Shown in pieces: positions 12,701-27,328 of a stretch of DNA of 64,000 nt; the first letter of the stretch is position 1, and every line of letters starts with the position of its first letter. The DNA lies in the NCBI RefSeq assembly GCF_964204645.1, contig NC_134033.1, forward strand, positions 10,114,655 through 10,178,654, given 5' to 3'. The DNA is from Tubulanus polymorphus. Its lineage: Eukaryota; Animalia; Nemertea. Position numbers and translations under genes: made by a program. The notes below the pieces were generated by a model. That model did not search any database. It saw only the letters and a program-made list of their open reading frames with translations, and was not told the origin of the DNA.

Positions 12701-13178
12701 AGGTCATCACCTACATCATAGCCCTGATCTGTAATGTCGGGGGGGGGGGTTCTGTTTATAGATCGAATATCACTGTCAGATAATTGCCTCAAGTCTCCCC
12801 CGTCCCCCCACCCCTATCAATGAGTCTAATGAAATCAGGAATTCCTGTCCGATTTTATCGTGTTTTTGTGTCCGTTTATTTTTTAAACATCGACGATCTT
12901 GCACGACACATCAATATACCGATTGACGATAAACACAACCATCATGAGTCGTGTCGTGTAGTCCCACCAAACTCGGTACTCATTATCCTATATTGATCAT
13001 CTAGTGCATGTAATGACCATAGGTGGCGCCATGAATATATTCATTCATTTCCACGGTTTTACATTGGTTTTACATATTGCCTTGACACATGAAACCCGAC
13101 ATAGCTGTCTTGCGGCTATATTTAATTTGGTTGATTTGTCATTATATATTTGAGGTTAAGTTAAAAAATGGAACTCAC

Positions 13179-15983
13179 CTTAGTGACCGGTGACGAAGGC
13201 AAGCTTAAATTCTGCGAGTTCTTTTGAAATCCCGTAGTTGATTTCAGTCCCAGTCTGGACAGCTCAGTGGGCGTCCCGACCCGCGATATCGGGGCACTTG
13301 CCGATGGTTTGGGGCTACTCGTTCGAGTTCCACTTGTCTCAATAAGCGATCTGCGCAATTCGTTATCACTTAAGTTCAATTTAGGATCGTTATTTTTCGA
13401 CGACGTTTCGTCAACCGAGTTTTCTTTATTGTTCGGGCGTCGGCCATCGCGGTCGGATTTCTCACTTCCGCTATCGGATATGGTGATTACTTCCGGTGTT
13501 TTAACGACGCGATTAAGGTTCAAGGTCGATGGCATTGATTGATCGTCTGCGATGCCGGATAACAACGTGTCGTGAATACTATTCTGTATACACGATATAA
13601 ACGTGATTTTCGGATCGATAATTGGCCCGTCCGGTAACCCGGATAACCCGGCAGTATCAACTGCTGCTGCTGCTGCTGATACTGATACTGATGAAGAGAG
13701 ATGCTGTTGGTCTGTTTGACTGATCGATGATCTCGGAGTCGATTCGAGCGCCGGTGAATTGCGTTCGCTGTTCGTCTCGCGGTTTTCGCGCTTAAGTTTC
13801 ATTTTCGGGCTCAAACCATGGGTTTTCCCCCCGACGCCGGAAGAAGCGACAGTGCTGCCCCCTGCAGCTGATTGATGTTTTACGTTAAACAGAAATCGAT
13901 TTGTCGAATTCAGGCGATCTTGCTGGAAACAGCCACGTGTTAGTTTCGGCGGCAGATCGACTCGTATCGGATCGACAGTGTCGCCGCCACTAGGTGATTT
14001 ACGGTGCGGACTGAGAACCGGCATCTGAGGAGAACCGGTGCGCAGTATTTGTCCGGGTTCTCTGATCGATGATAAAGCACGCGATGACGATGTTGATAAC
14101 TCGGATGACGTTGGAAGATTTCCGAGCGATTGAATCATTTTATGTTCCTGTCCAGCCACCAGGTACATACGGATCCGATTCATTATTTCGTTATGAGTGT
14201 CAATACGCGGTGTCAACATGTAGTTGTCTGGAATGGCCGCTAGGTGGAGCGGGTATAAAGGAGCTGCTCTGAGCGCCTCGGCGGAGGAGGATGAGTCTGA
14301 ACTAATCGGTTTAGATGTTGATGATGCTATTTTGTTGTTGACCAGTCGCTCGGCTATGATGCTATGATCGGGAATCATCGTCGGTTGCGGGGGTAATAAA
14401 TCTGTTCGGTTGGAACTGGGTTTCGTCGTCAAGGTCGTTGTGGAGGCTGTTGCGGAAGTTGCTGTCTGTTGAGAAGATGGTTGATGGTGTACTGATTTAG
14501 AGTGTGGCTCATTAGACAGTTTAGCGTCGAGATTATGAGGCGGTAGATGACCACTAAGTGGCTGTGCCGGACTGTGCAACGGCTTGACACCCGGGTAATA
14601 CCCTGTGTTCGGAGCCTTCCGTCTATCAGTCGACTCCGGTCGGAGTAATCCATTACCGGCGGGATATGGGTATTCGCGACTCGTTCTCGATCGATTCATA
14701 TTGTTATAATGAGCTGCTAGTGCCCTCTCGCGGTCAGAGAATGAAGCCGATGATGTTTTTGCCTGTAGACCGCTACTGCCGCTGCTGGTACTGTTGTTGG
14801 TACTGGTGCTCTGAGAATGAGGGGATACGGGAGGGTAGAGTAGTTTACCCGATGGACTGATTATCGGTTTCACGTCTCGTATGACGTCATCGCGTTGTTG
14901 TTTTTGTTGTGAACGCTGTTGCTGTTGTAAATAAGCCGCCATTGAACCGGCGGATGGTGAGTAGTACTGCGCATGCGCGTGCGAGTAGACAGCTGACGCC
15001 ATCTGTGGAGATAACTGTGGGTATTGTGACGAGTAATGCCGAGCTAGTTGACTCTGATACGCTGCAGCTGCAGCTGCGGCTGCTGCGGCTGCTGAAGACC
15101 CCTCAGACTGTTGTTGCTGCTGTTTAGAATGCTGTTGAAGATTAGTTTGTTGCTGTAATTGTTTGTAGTAATGGGCGGCGTTTCGGGCCTGTATTTGGGC
15201 CTCTATTTGGGTAGTATCTATTAGAGGGTACCCAGCCGGTGAGGTACCGTATACTCGATCGTGGTAAGCTGCCGCCAGCAGTTTTTCTTTTTTTAGATTT
15301 CGTTGATGTGACCCGTCAGTGATGTCAACGTTAAGCAGTTTATGTGGTTGAATTTTCGGTGATTCAAGTTGTTTATTTAATAAATCGATATTAACCTCAG
15401 CCGTTGTGTCGGCGCTGCGTTTAGTAGTCCTAATCGTCAGGTCTAGCGGACTCTCCGTTTCGCGTCCTACTAGTTTCAGACCCAGTGATAAATCTAAAGG
15501 CTGAAATCCTTCAGGACGATCTTTCCTATCGCCTTTCGTCGATTGACTCCTAGACGCGCCGCCAGGTGCTACTACGCGAGGCAATTGTGACGTTAGAGCC
15601 GCCTGCTGTTGCTGGTGCTGTTTTTGTTGTTGCTCTTGGTGATGCTGTTGTATTTTCTGTTGATGAAGATGGCGCTGTTGTAGTTGACTCATTTGTCCGA
15701 GTGTCATCGTTTCGGCTGATTTACCGGTTTGCATTTTAACTCTCTCCTCGTGAATACGCTTCAGCGATTCGAAGTAACGCATGGCGGCATCGTTGTAAAT
15801 TTGCATACGCATGACGTCATTCGCCGAGTGCGGCGGAGGTGGACCTACTGGCGTAGCGGCTGCGTGGTGGCGCTGTTTCGACATTTCTAACAATCCGGGC
15901 ATTTGCGACATCGACACGGCAGCTGCGACCGCCGCCGGATGAGTAGGGTGCTGTCCAGCCAAGTGGCGCGGTAATGGATACAT
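13179..15983 (-). CDS. Large coding exon (935 codons) of a low-complexity Q/S/A-rich nuclear protein, probable CtBP-recruiting transcriptional co-regulator
   Basis: Inside the 1013-aa ORF. Acceptor tttttacag|ATG at 15984/15983, donor AAG|gtgagt at 13179/13178 (phase 0). Motifs QPLDLS and SPLDLT, a SIM-like VITISDS, poly-Q and poly-A tracts. Confidence 0.85.
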
Positions 15984-17250
15984 CTGTAAAAAAAGATAGA
16001 AATACAACTTTAAAACCAGGTGTCGCTGTTGGTAGTAGCGGGTGAATAGCCGCTGGGGTGGTACAGTGGTTAGAGCGTTACGCTCGTACCCTCGAGCTTG
16101 CGTGCTCGGGTGAATAGATGGCAATACAGTGCGACATGTGACACGTGAAAGTGAGTTGTTCGAGTGAGTGAGTGTGCGCAACTGGTTTCCGTTATCTCTC
16201 ACTGATAGCTGATTAAAACTAAAACCAGTTGTATGCGTATGTGTGCGTGTGAGATTCCGTGTGAATTCAACCTATATTCTTTTAGTACATGCCGCCGCCG
16301 TCATCGCCGTCGTATTTTATTTTGCCCGGTTTCAATGTTTTATCGCGTCGAGGGAGTGAGTGAATAAATGATAGATAGACTTCCATCCGGTTCAAATCGG
16401 GAAATGAAACCGATAAAACGATGACATCCGCGATACAGACTACCCCCGCCTTAATATAGAAATAGATATTACCTGCCATCTAATGGAGATACAGACATGG
16501 ATATACAGTGTATCCAGTTATTGGATAGACATATATGGCTAAGTATCCCCACTATCTAGATACCCATTATAGTAATACATGTATCCAGATACCGACGTGG
16601 TAATACGTTTATCTATAGATATATCCCGTCATGGTAATATATGTAATACATTCATCTAGATACGATCGATGTTATGGAGATAGATGACATAATGGTAAGA
16701 CGACAAGGCAGACGTTTATACGGAACGGAATCGTCGTATAAAGTTCAAAGATCGTAGTCAATCGACGATAGAAGGCGGAACAGAACGAGCGTCACCTGGT
16801 TCGATCACAAATTGATGACGTACCCATACAATACCGCGATAACAAAATAACGTGAGATTCGAACCCGATGGCACCCGAGTCCCCGATGACTCTCCTATTC
16901 GTATAAAACGACGCGTTTAGGATTTTCGTGACGCAGTTCGTAAAAACCCGATCTATAATATTTACGTTCCACCGGGGTTGTCTGTGTATAGTCTGTCTCT
17001 GAGACATGTCGCGTATTTCATTATTACCAGTTTTGAATATCAATTGAGTGCAAAAAAACAACACGTCTTTATATCAGGGAAACAACTCCAACAGGACAAT
17101 TGCAGCGGCTACCGCGCGTGCGCGACGGTCGTTTGGACGGGAACGATTTTTAACAACGGCACCTTCTGCGCGTATGAACAAATAAAAGACCGGCGTAAAG
17201 TGCAATATAAATACGAGTTGGGTTTGTTTATACAGTTACACACATACCGG

Positions 17251-17374
<124 letters not shown>

Positions 17375-19206
17375 CCCCGGAGGCGGGGTGTTTTCAGGGA
17401 TCAGTGAACGCGTGCGAGACGCGTCGCGGCCTCCGAGCGAGCGAGCGAGCGAGTGAGAGAGCAATAAAAACCGGTTGGGATTTTTAAGGCGCGCCACCGC
17501 CGCCGCCGTTCCGTGCCGCGGATATTGGCAATTCGCCCATTTAAACATATCGTATATTCACGAACGAACATCTATTTCTTTTTATCCCTTTCCACCTCTC
17601 CCTCCCTCGGTCACTCCCTTACTCCCGCTCTCTGTGGCGGAATGACATGATCGGGTTTTGTTCCAGTTCGTCGCCATTAGAAGTTTTATATAATTGTCGT
17701 AAAATTAGGCAAAATACATTTTTAACTGCAGTCAACGACGGCTGCGCACTGGGACGCCCGCCAGCGCGGCGGTGCCTCGAAAAAATAACACGTGCTTTTG
17801 CCGATTCTTGACAACAACAGTTTCTAAATATACTTTTAGATATCAAAACGAACTTTATCATTGAGAGCTAAAACACAATAGACTCCGCCCGGTGGGAGTG
17901 GAGATTAATGTGTTAATTGAGCATTGTATAATTGAAGGTATATACTAAGAATCCGAATTCGATTAAAAGCCGCGGGGTCAATATACGCTATACGTATATG
18001 CCAGCCCAGATATTGATGAGATATTTCAAGGTCAATAATTGTGATGACTAGGGGGGGTGTAACTCTAATACCCGACCGGTGTATATTCATAAAGCTGCTT
18101 ACGCGCATTCAAAGGTTTCATCGTCGGATGTATATTTTGTATTAGGCCCGATTGGAAACGCGCCGATGTAATTCGATCTACAAGCTCTCTCCTACTCGCC
18201 AAACTCGCACTCGTGAGTAAAGGAGTATAAATTATGCGGTACGAACCAAACATAAAACGGGCGGATATGCGCGACCTCGTGTCGACGGCTCTATACGTCA
18301 TTAACTAGCTCTGAGGACAAAGTGGTTTAATATACCGGGAACTGTGTCCTTCCTCTTTCGTTGGCTAGCTCGCTCGGCTCCGGCGTGGCTACGATACATC
18401 GCCGTTCCGTTGCGTTTCGTGGAATTCAGTTATTCAGTCGACGCAGTTCCCTCTCCCCCTCCCTCCCTCTCCCCCTCTCCCTCCCTCCCTCTCCCCCTCT
18501 CCCTCCCTCCCCCTCTCCCTCCCTCTCCCTCCCTCCCTCCATCCCCCCTCTCTCTCTCTCTCATCGGCGCGGTGATAATCTAGTTCCTAGAATGTCTTAG
18601 TATAAACCGACTGAACACAGCGGAGCCGTCGATGATTTTTTTCTGCGTCGATATAACACACACGCACGCACACCACACCGGCTCGGTGAAGGCGAGTATA
18701 GTAGGAAATTAATGTGTACTTTCTTTTTACGCCTGAGAGAGAGAAAGAGAGAGAGGGGGGAGAAGAGAGGGGAAAGGGGAGAACAAAAAGCCACGATGGC
18801 AACGGCGCAGATAAATAATCAATAGCACGTATTTTATAAATCAGCGCAGTAAACATTCTGATCGCGAGAGAGTGAGAGGAGAGAGGAGCGCGCTAATTAC
18901 ATCCAGATTCACAGTATACCGCCCCAAGCGACGGACGGTCGGCCGGACGCTTCACGGGTGGTTGATGTGTGTGGCACCAGATAAACCAACACTAGAAATA
19001 TCGACGGAGCTCTAACGATTTCTCGCATTAATAAAAGACGATTCTAACTGAATAACAATTATCATAACGATAATGATATTGAAACCGATGAAAATTAATG
19101 AAACAATGCCGCAGATTGCTGTGAGCTTTGATCGTTTCGATCGCTTTTTGATTATTGTAATCGGAAAATGCTGGCAGGTGTTGACCTGACAAACTCACAA
19201 AACCCG

Positions 19207-19311
19207 TCAGTCACAGTGGTTAGCATGCTCAGCTGGCATTCCGGGGGGTCGCAGGTTCGAGTCCTGTCAATAGCATTGGTTAGAGTTCACACATAGGGTT
19301 AAGGTTAGGGG
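19207..19311 (+). mobile_element. tRNA-derived SINE-like head
   Basis: A-box-like gtggttagcatgc and B box ggttcgagtcc (19254-19264); no intact acceptor stem; similar to 46222-46322 including the downstream ttagagtt...agggtta segment. Confidence 0.55.
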
Positions 19312-20823
19312 CTTCGGATCAATTTTCAGCCAGCGACGTGTCTTTTTCGTGGAAAAATCCACTTTTAGTCCCGTTGAAAATCCTCACTGGTAGGCATTCG
19401 GAAATAATAGATTCCTTCCGATTTCTTTTTCTTTTGTGTTTTATCGTAGGCCGGTGATTAGAGCGAGTCGACGGATTTGTGCCGCGGGCCTTACAAGGGT
19501 CCTATAGTAAATCAGACAAACACACCTTCTTCAAAATCGGGTTGAGTTGCCTGTTTTATAGCGGACAATAGAATCGACTTTCAGGTGCTATAGTATAGGA
19601 TCGGGTGGTTATTGTTCCGAGTCTCATAGAAATACGTCGTCGGATGGTGAATGAGAGTATAGACTTCGTTCTATGAAAGCCATCGACATGATCCGAGCGG
19701 AGATCGCAGGAATATTTTACGCGACGAACTTTACTCTCCGGACACTGCCGCCTGGGAACCTTAACCGCCCCTCTCCCCGGGCACTGCCGCCTGTGAAACC
19801 ATAACAGCCTCCACGGACACTCCTTTATTCCGTCCTGGGAAAATTAAAAAAAACTATCACATCTTCAACAAATATCAATTCCGAAAGTAATGAAAACAAA
19901 ACCGCAAAGCAGTTATTCACAATTTAGAACCGTTATTTGAGAATTCAAATTGACTAATTATGGGACTAAAATCCCGAAGCAATCGGATTCGAATCCGTGA
20001 AATTAATACCTCGTAGATGAAACGTTTTATTTTTTTCAGAGCGACATGGTGTCCTACGTGTTTATAATGGGTTTGTTTACGATGACGCAGTTAAACGCGC
20101 CTCAGTCGTTTTGACCTAATTGAGTCAGTCGTGTATCGGCGCGGCTTATATATAGCCCTCGTGCGCACACGCCACGATTATGCAGTACGGCATACTGTTA
20201 AAACTATAACTTAATTAACAACAATCCCGTGAACGCTTAACCAAACAAACTGTGACGCGAGGAGTGATTAGTGCAGTGCGGTGACTTTTTGTATCCGGCT
20301 TTAAAAAACCAGATATTTAAAATATTTGCGCTCTCGTTTTCATACTATCCGGCGGCGGCAGTGGGAGCGGTGGCGCGATATGCGTGAATATGTTTAGCAT
20401 TAATTCGGGATTTAGTTTCTGCCCGGCGTAATGCGATACAAACTGTGACCCGGAAACTGATCTATCGTTGCCGGTTTATTTTTTGTATAGTGTGACCTAT
20501 ATTTTTTCGTTTATAAATAAATAGTCGTCAGTCAAACGAAATGTCGCCGTAGAGACGATACATAATATTACCGGCGGAACCCAACACACACACACGTTCT
20601 TGAAATAGAGTAGAAACGGGCCAAACCGGGCCAAGCCTAGTGTAATGCAGCTTTGACTCTATTCACGCGGGGGCTGGCTAGTAAACAGTGGTTTTATATC
20701 ACGTCGGTTTCTGTACAAGTAGTTATCTAATCTTAGTACTTTAGACTAAAGCCCGTATTTGGTGTTAACTGGACGATACGTCAACAGTGGTGTAAACTGG
20801 GTCAACTGTTGAGCCGGCCACAC

Positions 20824-20963
20824 GGCCCGGTTCCATAGTCGAGGCTTAGACTTAAGACAAGTTCAGTTTCATCTAAGTTCCTTAGCCAATCTAACAACTT
20901 AAGACCAGTCTTAAGATTTAAAACCACTTTTCGACTGAAGTCTTGACCATGGAACTGGACTCC
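20824..20963. mobile_element. MITE, PIF/Harbinger-like (same family as 41733-41864)
   Basis: Ends ggcccggttccatagtc and gaccatggaactggac; internal sequence (atctaac.acttaag...gtcttaa..gat.taa..ccacttt) shared with the 41733 copy and partly with ~29775-29825. Confidence 0.6.
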
Positions 20964-21921
20964 TGGACTCGCTGTATTCTGGTTTAGATCATTGGCAGCA
21001 GTTAACCATTATTCATTTTTTCTTTTCATACCAATTTTTTCACAACTATTTAAGCCAGAGTCGAATGAAATAGAGCGTTTAATGGAACGGCTATGAAAAA
21101 TTCTCTCCCTCGTGCGCTAACTGCAGCTGTGTGTAACAGTTCGTGAAGTCCAGCGCACTTGAACCCGAAACTGTAGCAGCAGCGGCAGCGGCAGCGGCAG
21201 CTACACGGCAGCCGTACACTCAACAGACGACGCGAATGTGATAATATCGAGTGTATTGAGTGGCAACAGCTGCCGCTCACGTTACAACAGAGCAAAAAAC
21301 TATTTTTTACGGATCGACGTATATTTCGCGTCGACGAGAACTCGAACACATGTTCGCCGTTCGAGCGGCGTGTGCGGAGCCGGCGAGTGTGTGCGTGCAG
21401 CAGTGAGTGTCCCTCCCTTTGTTCGGCGAATTCTACGCTAAAATCTCACACGATTACGTGATGTTACGTGGAAGCTACCCGCTCGTATCAGTCCGTAATC
21501 TATCTACCGTTAAAAATATCTTGATTCATCGGTTTAATACCGTATAAGCTGCCGGCTATCATTTTGCGTTAGTTGTATCACATGTGTGAATACGCGCTGA
21601 ATTACGTGCGCACAGTTCGCCAGACTACAAACCCGGATATTATTATATCACACTTATATACATATCGTTATAAAAACCCAAATTCCCCTTATGCGTTTTT
21701 TCTATACCTATGAAATAATATTCGATCTTTTTTTTTCATGATCGAATCGACGGATTATCGCATAGCGCGACTACTGTAAAACGATAACGTCGTACCGAGA
21801 ATACTTGAAAATGTTCCGGGTCGTAGTGGGATTACGACCACTCGCTTTTAATATAGATTATAAATCGCTACGAAAAATATGCTAAAATCGAGCGGGAAAT
21901 CCATCAATTAATTTCAACTTC

Positions 21922-22103
<182 letters not shown>

Positions 22104-25100
22104 GTAATTTTAATTATTACAATTTCAGTTATGATAATAATAATATTGATTCTAGTAATAATATATCGTATATGAACTTATATAATTATTGTTTCGATAG
22201 AAATTAATATCAAGTTAGCTTACACGGTGCTTAGTTTAGTTGGTTATTCATCCAGCAGATATTTAGTCTAATTCTTGTTAACCGTCGTCGTGTCTTTTAA
22301 AAGCGCTCGGCCGTCGACGGCATCGACGACGTGTCCGTGTCTATTTACGTAGGCGTGTTTACCAGACGCGTCACGGAGAAAGAGAGAGAGAGACACGTTT
22401 CCGACTTCGCCGAAGCCGCCGCGGTGTCAAGCATCGCATTACAGCAATTACCGCCAGCCAGAAACGTCGCTATATACTATACTCGTATATACGATATACA
22501 CTATACTATACTCATGGTTCCCACGGTTACATGAATCCAAAATTCCCCAGTATTTAATTTACAATTTTCCAAAATGGAAACGTTATACTCGTTGTATCGC
22601 AAAATTAGCTTATATGTTATACTATCATACCCCACAGGAACGTCAACATTTCGAGAAAGATTTTCAAGAAAGATTGCTAAAGAAAGTTGCGCTTGAAAAA
22701 TACTAGGTGAAATTTAAAATAATAAATTTCCCGGATATTTCCCGGATTTGTATAAAATCTATCGAAATCGCAAATATGTCCAAACCACGACATATCGTAA
22801 AACGGATAATAAGTTTAAAATCCACTGTACAGATTCGAAGATCGAATTTTATTTATCGAGAATTAAAATCCGAATACACGACTTTAGAAACTCTCACTAG
22901 ATATGATCGTCTATACACGATCCCTTCAGTACCCTCCCCGGCCGTTCCATCAGACCCGACACCGCGCAATAATACCGAGAAAAAAATCACATCGCATTAG
23001 AAAAAATACAACACATGTTTTTACGACCGTTAAAAATAGAATCTAACCTAATTTTACCGTCTATTTTGTCGGGGGTCACCTCAATAGCGCAGTGTTGTAT
23101 ATCTGTTCACCTCAACGCTAGTTCTCGCTCTGATATTACGCAATGTTACGCATTATATCCGGAGTGTTAATTGATGTGTATGTTTGCGTACTATGCGCGA
23201 CTGAGCAGTTTTTATTCCGAGAGCTTTGTTTTATCGTAACATAAACAGGTTTTCGGTTGCGTTGTTTAAGCGAGATCGTTTTGACGGCGATCGTCGAAGC
23301 CTCGGTTCCCATCAGTCTCTCGCTAATCGCGGCAGCCGCGGCGTCGAGTGTACACGGCGTGTGCAATTATAAAATGGTCGAAAATTGAACCACCCGCATT
23401 GTGTGTAGGCCTTTTACACGTAGCATACGAACATTACCATCTAGACGCCGCGGACCCGGATTCTCCGTGTAGAGTTTGCGGCTTATATATTTGCGAGTAG
23501 AAAACCACGGGCCGGCCGGTGATACTAGGAGAGTTTAGTTAGTTCAAACTAATCTAAGCTTACCATCGCAAATACGTGGATATAATGTATATACGTATTA
23601 TGAAAATTTTACAGTAATGAAATATTTACGTGTATATATAGATATATATGTATACGGCGGCCGCGGCCACAGAGAGCGCCGCCGCCGCCGACGTGTGGGT
23701 TGAATTCCACTGCGGCGGAGTTCCGTCGTCGTGGCGTGTATATTGCACCAATACGCACCCGACTTGTTTTTGTATATCGCATTTTATAAATGTCGAAATA
23801 CGACGGAGAAAAACCCATTACTGTTCTCGCAAGTGATTAATATTTAGAAAAAATAGTTAACAAAAACTTGAGAGACGCAAGAAAATATCTAAAACCTACC
23901 GTTTATTTTTGTGTAGTTTCAGTTTGTCGTGTATTTAGTCTGAATCGTTGTAAGTTGATCCTATAAATAGCGATAACGACGTAATTCCACTGTTAAAACC
24001 GTCTTCATCCCGTGCGTCGGCGATTGCATTTTCAAAATCATCCATCATAATCTTTCAATCAAATACACTCAAGATAATCTTCGCGAATCCGAGTCAATAT
24101 TTCCTGCGCTCTGCGTGTGTGTACGCGAGTGTGAATACACTGATGTGTATGGACGTAACGCCCGTTTTTCAAACCTCGTTGTTTTTAGTCCGTCGTACGA
24201 TACACTACAACAAACACTACGTACGCTTCGTAGCTCTATTTGCGCCGAAATTTCGAAAGCAATTTATTCAAAACGGGCGCAAACCGCAGAATCCAACATT
24301 ATATATTCACTCGTGCGATCGTTCACCAGTTGTGTCCATAGACAGGAGCGAGGTTCGTTATTGAAGAAGTATTTTTCCGACTGACGATGTTTTCCCTCTC
24401 TATCTATATCTCAATCTGTATATATGTATACTCGACTGACGCGAGTGCACCGTTTAGTACCAGAATATTGTCGACGTGTTGTGTGCGCGCGTGTCTGTGT
24501 ACATCCGCTTTCAAAATCACGCTGTTTACTACCGCGAAAAATATTCTCGCGACGAACACAAAAATCGCCGTCTGTATTTCATAAATCCCTCACTGTCGTG
24601 TAATCTAATAGACATATATTTTATGATGATATCTACGGCGAGACGCTGAACGGAAAACGATCGCCGTCACAAAACCGACATGCGGACTCCGATAGAGGAG
24701 AGAGATATAGACGATGACGGCAGCTGGTGCGGTTATAACCGTTTTATTCGTTCGCTCGCTCGCTAGTAGACAACCCGATCGACTAGCTCTCTCGCTCGCC
24801 GGCGCCGTCGACTAATGCAAGCCGAAATCGATTACGCTGCCTGTGTCACGTGATCCGAAGAGGTAAAGCCGTTCGCGGGGTGAAGGTCGTTCAGTCGGAT
24901 AGATCGTTGCTCTATTACGCGCTGGTTGTAGAGACGCGGCGGCGGCGGCAGCGCCGAGTAGTTTCTGGTGTTGATGGCGGTGGGTGATGTTGTTTACTCT
25001 CGCAGCGCTCGCTGTCGCTACGAGTACTAGACCTAGTAACAATTCTCTCATAACGAGTAAAAATGTCTGTTCACTCCCTTGCCGGAAATGGCATATGTGG

Positions 25101-26675
25101 ATACCCGAGACCGCTGCACCCCGTAAGCCGTCAACTGGTCTGAAACCCGACAACTGCGCGGCCGCCGGCGTTGCGTTAAGTCAATATTTATTGACATAAT
25201 TATTTTTTATAAAAAAAACCGATATCAATTTTTTTTTAAATTGGGAGTGTTTGCACGTGTAGATGTATCTAGATAACACGTCTTCGAAGCACATTATTAA
25301 ACAGTCTCACCCCCTACCCGCGTAGAGCCGTGGACAAAAACGGCACGCCATATAGGATACTGAGCGAGCGCCAAACACCTCGGACCCAACCTGTGCATTC
25401 AAATTAATTATACAAGCGGCCTGTGCGGCGGCCGTGGCGGTTTTGTCTGTTGCGAGAAGCCGCGGAATTACAATTAAACTCAAACGTGATACACAATAAA
25501 AAGTCGAACAGGCGCCAAAAACGTCGCCCATTGACGAGCAAGCCGCCCCGAGCGCCGAGCCTACTGAACCGATAAATCCACAAAACAACCACCTTAATAC
25601 AAACAGGTTCCCGGATATAATGTATGTTTATTTTCGCGAGTTTGTTAAATTTACGCGTTTTCATCAAATTGATTCACCATCAGAAATTCGTTGGTCGCCA
25701 AATGAAGGCACCGTATACCTCACTGGTCTTAATAAAGTAACATTTTCATTATGGCAATCTAGACAATTTTAGAATCATTATTTTGACCAACAGTCGGACG
25801 TGAAAATGGCACTGAAACGTTAAAAACGAAGGCTCGCCGTTTTCTAAGAGTGCACCGACTAAACGTATACACGATTTCACACTTGAAATAGCTTCCAAAC
25901 GAGTTTCGAATATCAAAAACAATATAACGCTTATAGATATATACGGGCTCGAGATAATTTCACTCGGCGGTGGTGACACACCACGGACACACATCGTCAA
26001 CAAGCAGACTGGTGACTCTACTGACTCAACAGGTGGACTCCAGGATTTAACCGACTCAGCAGGTGACTCCGAAGATAACTGACTCTTCTGGTAATATTTC
26101 GACGCACTGGGAGTCAGGGAGATGCATTTGAAGGATTTTCCCAAAAATAATTTCGAGTGTGAAAATACACCGCAGGCGCAACGCAACTCGAGCGCGGTTT
26201 TGCGTCGGTGTTCATTACTATAGGAAATCATAGTTTTCAATATCAAATTACACACAGTGCGATATCAAGTGTCCCTCCTAAACACACGGCGAATCTAATC
26301 TATTCAACCTTTACAGTCTACAGTTTACAATTTGATATCAGAGTTAAATGAGGGTAAATAAACAAAAACTAAATCTGATAGTAAATTTTTGATGCCACTC
26401 GCGTGAAAATGACGTTATTCCGGAACCCTATAGATATAGGGTACATTAAACCGTCCGTGCTGCTTATACTTTGAAATCAACTTGAATAATCGAAATTTTT
26501 TCAAAGAGAAAAATTTAGATACAAGATAATGAATATATCTAGGCCAGCTGTAAACTACGATTTATGAGGTAGGATTGTCTCTGTGAATATTTCACATAAT
26601 GTCGATCGGATACCGAGTCCAGAATCGGTACTCTGTTCTAGACAGTTGTAGGCTACAACAGTCAGCGAACATCTG

Positions 26676-26783
26676 GACCCAGTTCCACAGTCGTGAGTTA
26701 GAGTTAACTCTGAGTTAAAGTTAGTTCATTTTCAATGAGTTAACTCTGAGTCAAATCTTAACTCAGAACTGTGGAACTGGGCC
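26676..26783. mobile_element. ~108-bp MITE, PIF/Harbinger-like, CTG TSD
   Basis: TIR gacccagttccacagt / actgtggaactgggcc (15/16 match); ctg at 26673-26675 and 26784-26786; AT-rich internal palindromes. Confidence 0.75.
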
Positions 26784-27294
26784 CTGACGATGAAAAATGA
26801 ATTAATTTTTAAGGGCCACTCAAGTTTAACAGGCAACGGTGGAAATCGGTCTAGGGAAATCTTAAGTTTTCCAAATGAATAAATGTCAGTAGAATTCACA
26901 CCTGATCCGAGCCGCGCGCAGTATATGCCGAGTTTACCGAATACGGTGTAGTCTACTGTAGCTGGTTTTGTCCTTTTTTTCTATCTAGGTATAAAACTCC
27001 GCAAGGAAAAATGTAGGTGGTTCAAATAGTTGACGCACAGGATGCGACAATAGAAGAAACCGGTTTGAAGGGTAAAAGCGAATGCGCGCAGAGCAGCGCA
27101 ATCCACGCTAACAAAAACACCACCGCCGAGAAATACGTGTAAAAAGCTCCCCCGCGGAGTTGACGCTACGTAGGCGATTCTCAGGATTCATCGGTTCTTG
27201 TAAATATGTCTTCAGGCTTAATTTGACTCGTATTTGATCAACAAATATCATCAAACCTAAAAAGTACAACTGATATCGCTGTCCTCAGTCAAAC

Positions 27295-27328
27295 CATGGA
27301 CTCTAAAATGATCGTTTTAGAGTCCATA
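27295..27328. mobile_element. ~34-bp hairpin micro-MITE (catggactctaaaa...ttttagagtccata)
   Basis: Near-perfect stem; flanks gtcaaac and gtcaagc resemble a decayed 7-bp TSD; same CATGGAC start as 7319-7362. Confidence 0.55.

Noticed and set aside
13267-15127. Short plus-strand and alternative-frame ORFs inside the large exon
   Set aside because: Shadow ORFs of the real minus-strand frame.
15984-16202. First 73 codons of the 1013-aa ORF
   Set aside because: They lie upstream of a strong splice acceptor, begin at a non-ATG codon and overlap a SINE-like relic; likely intronic.
19207-19275. Functional tRNA gene
   Set aside because: Acceptor and anticodon stems do not pair convincingly; better explained as a SINE head.
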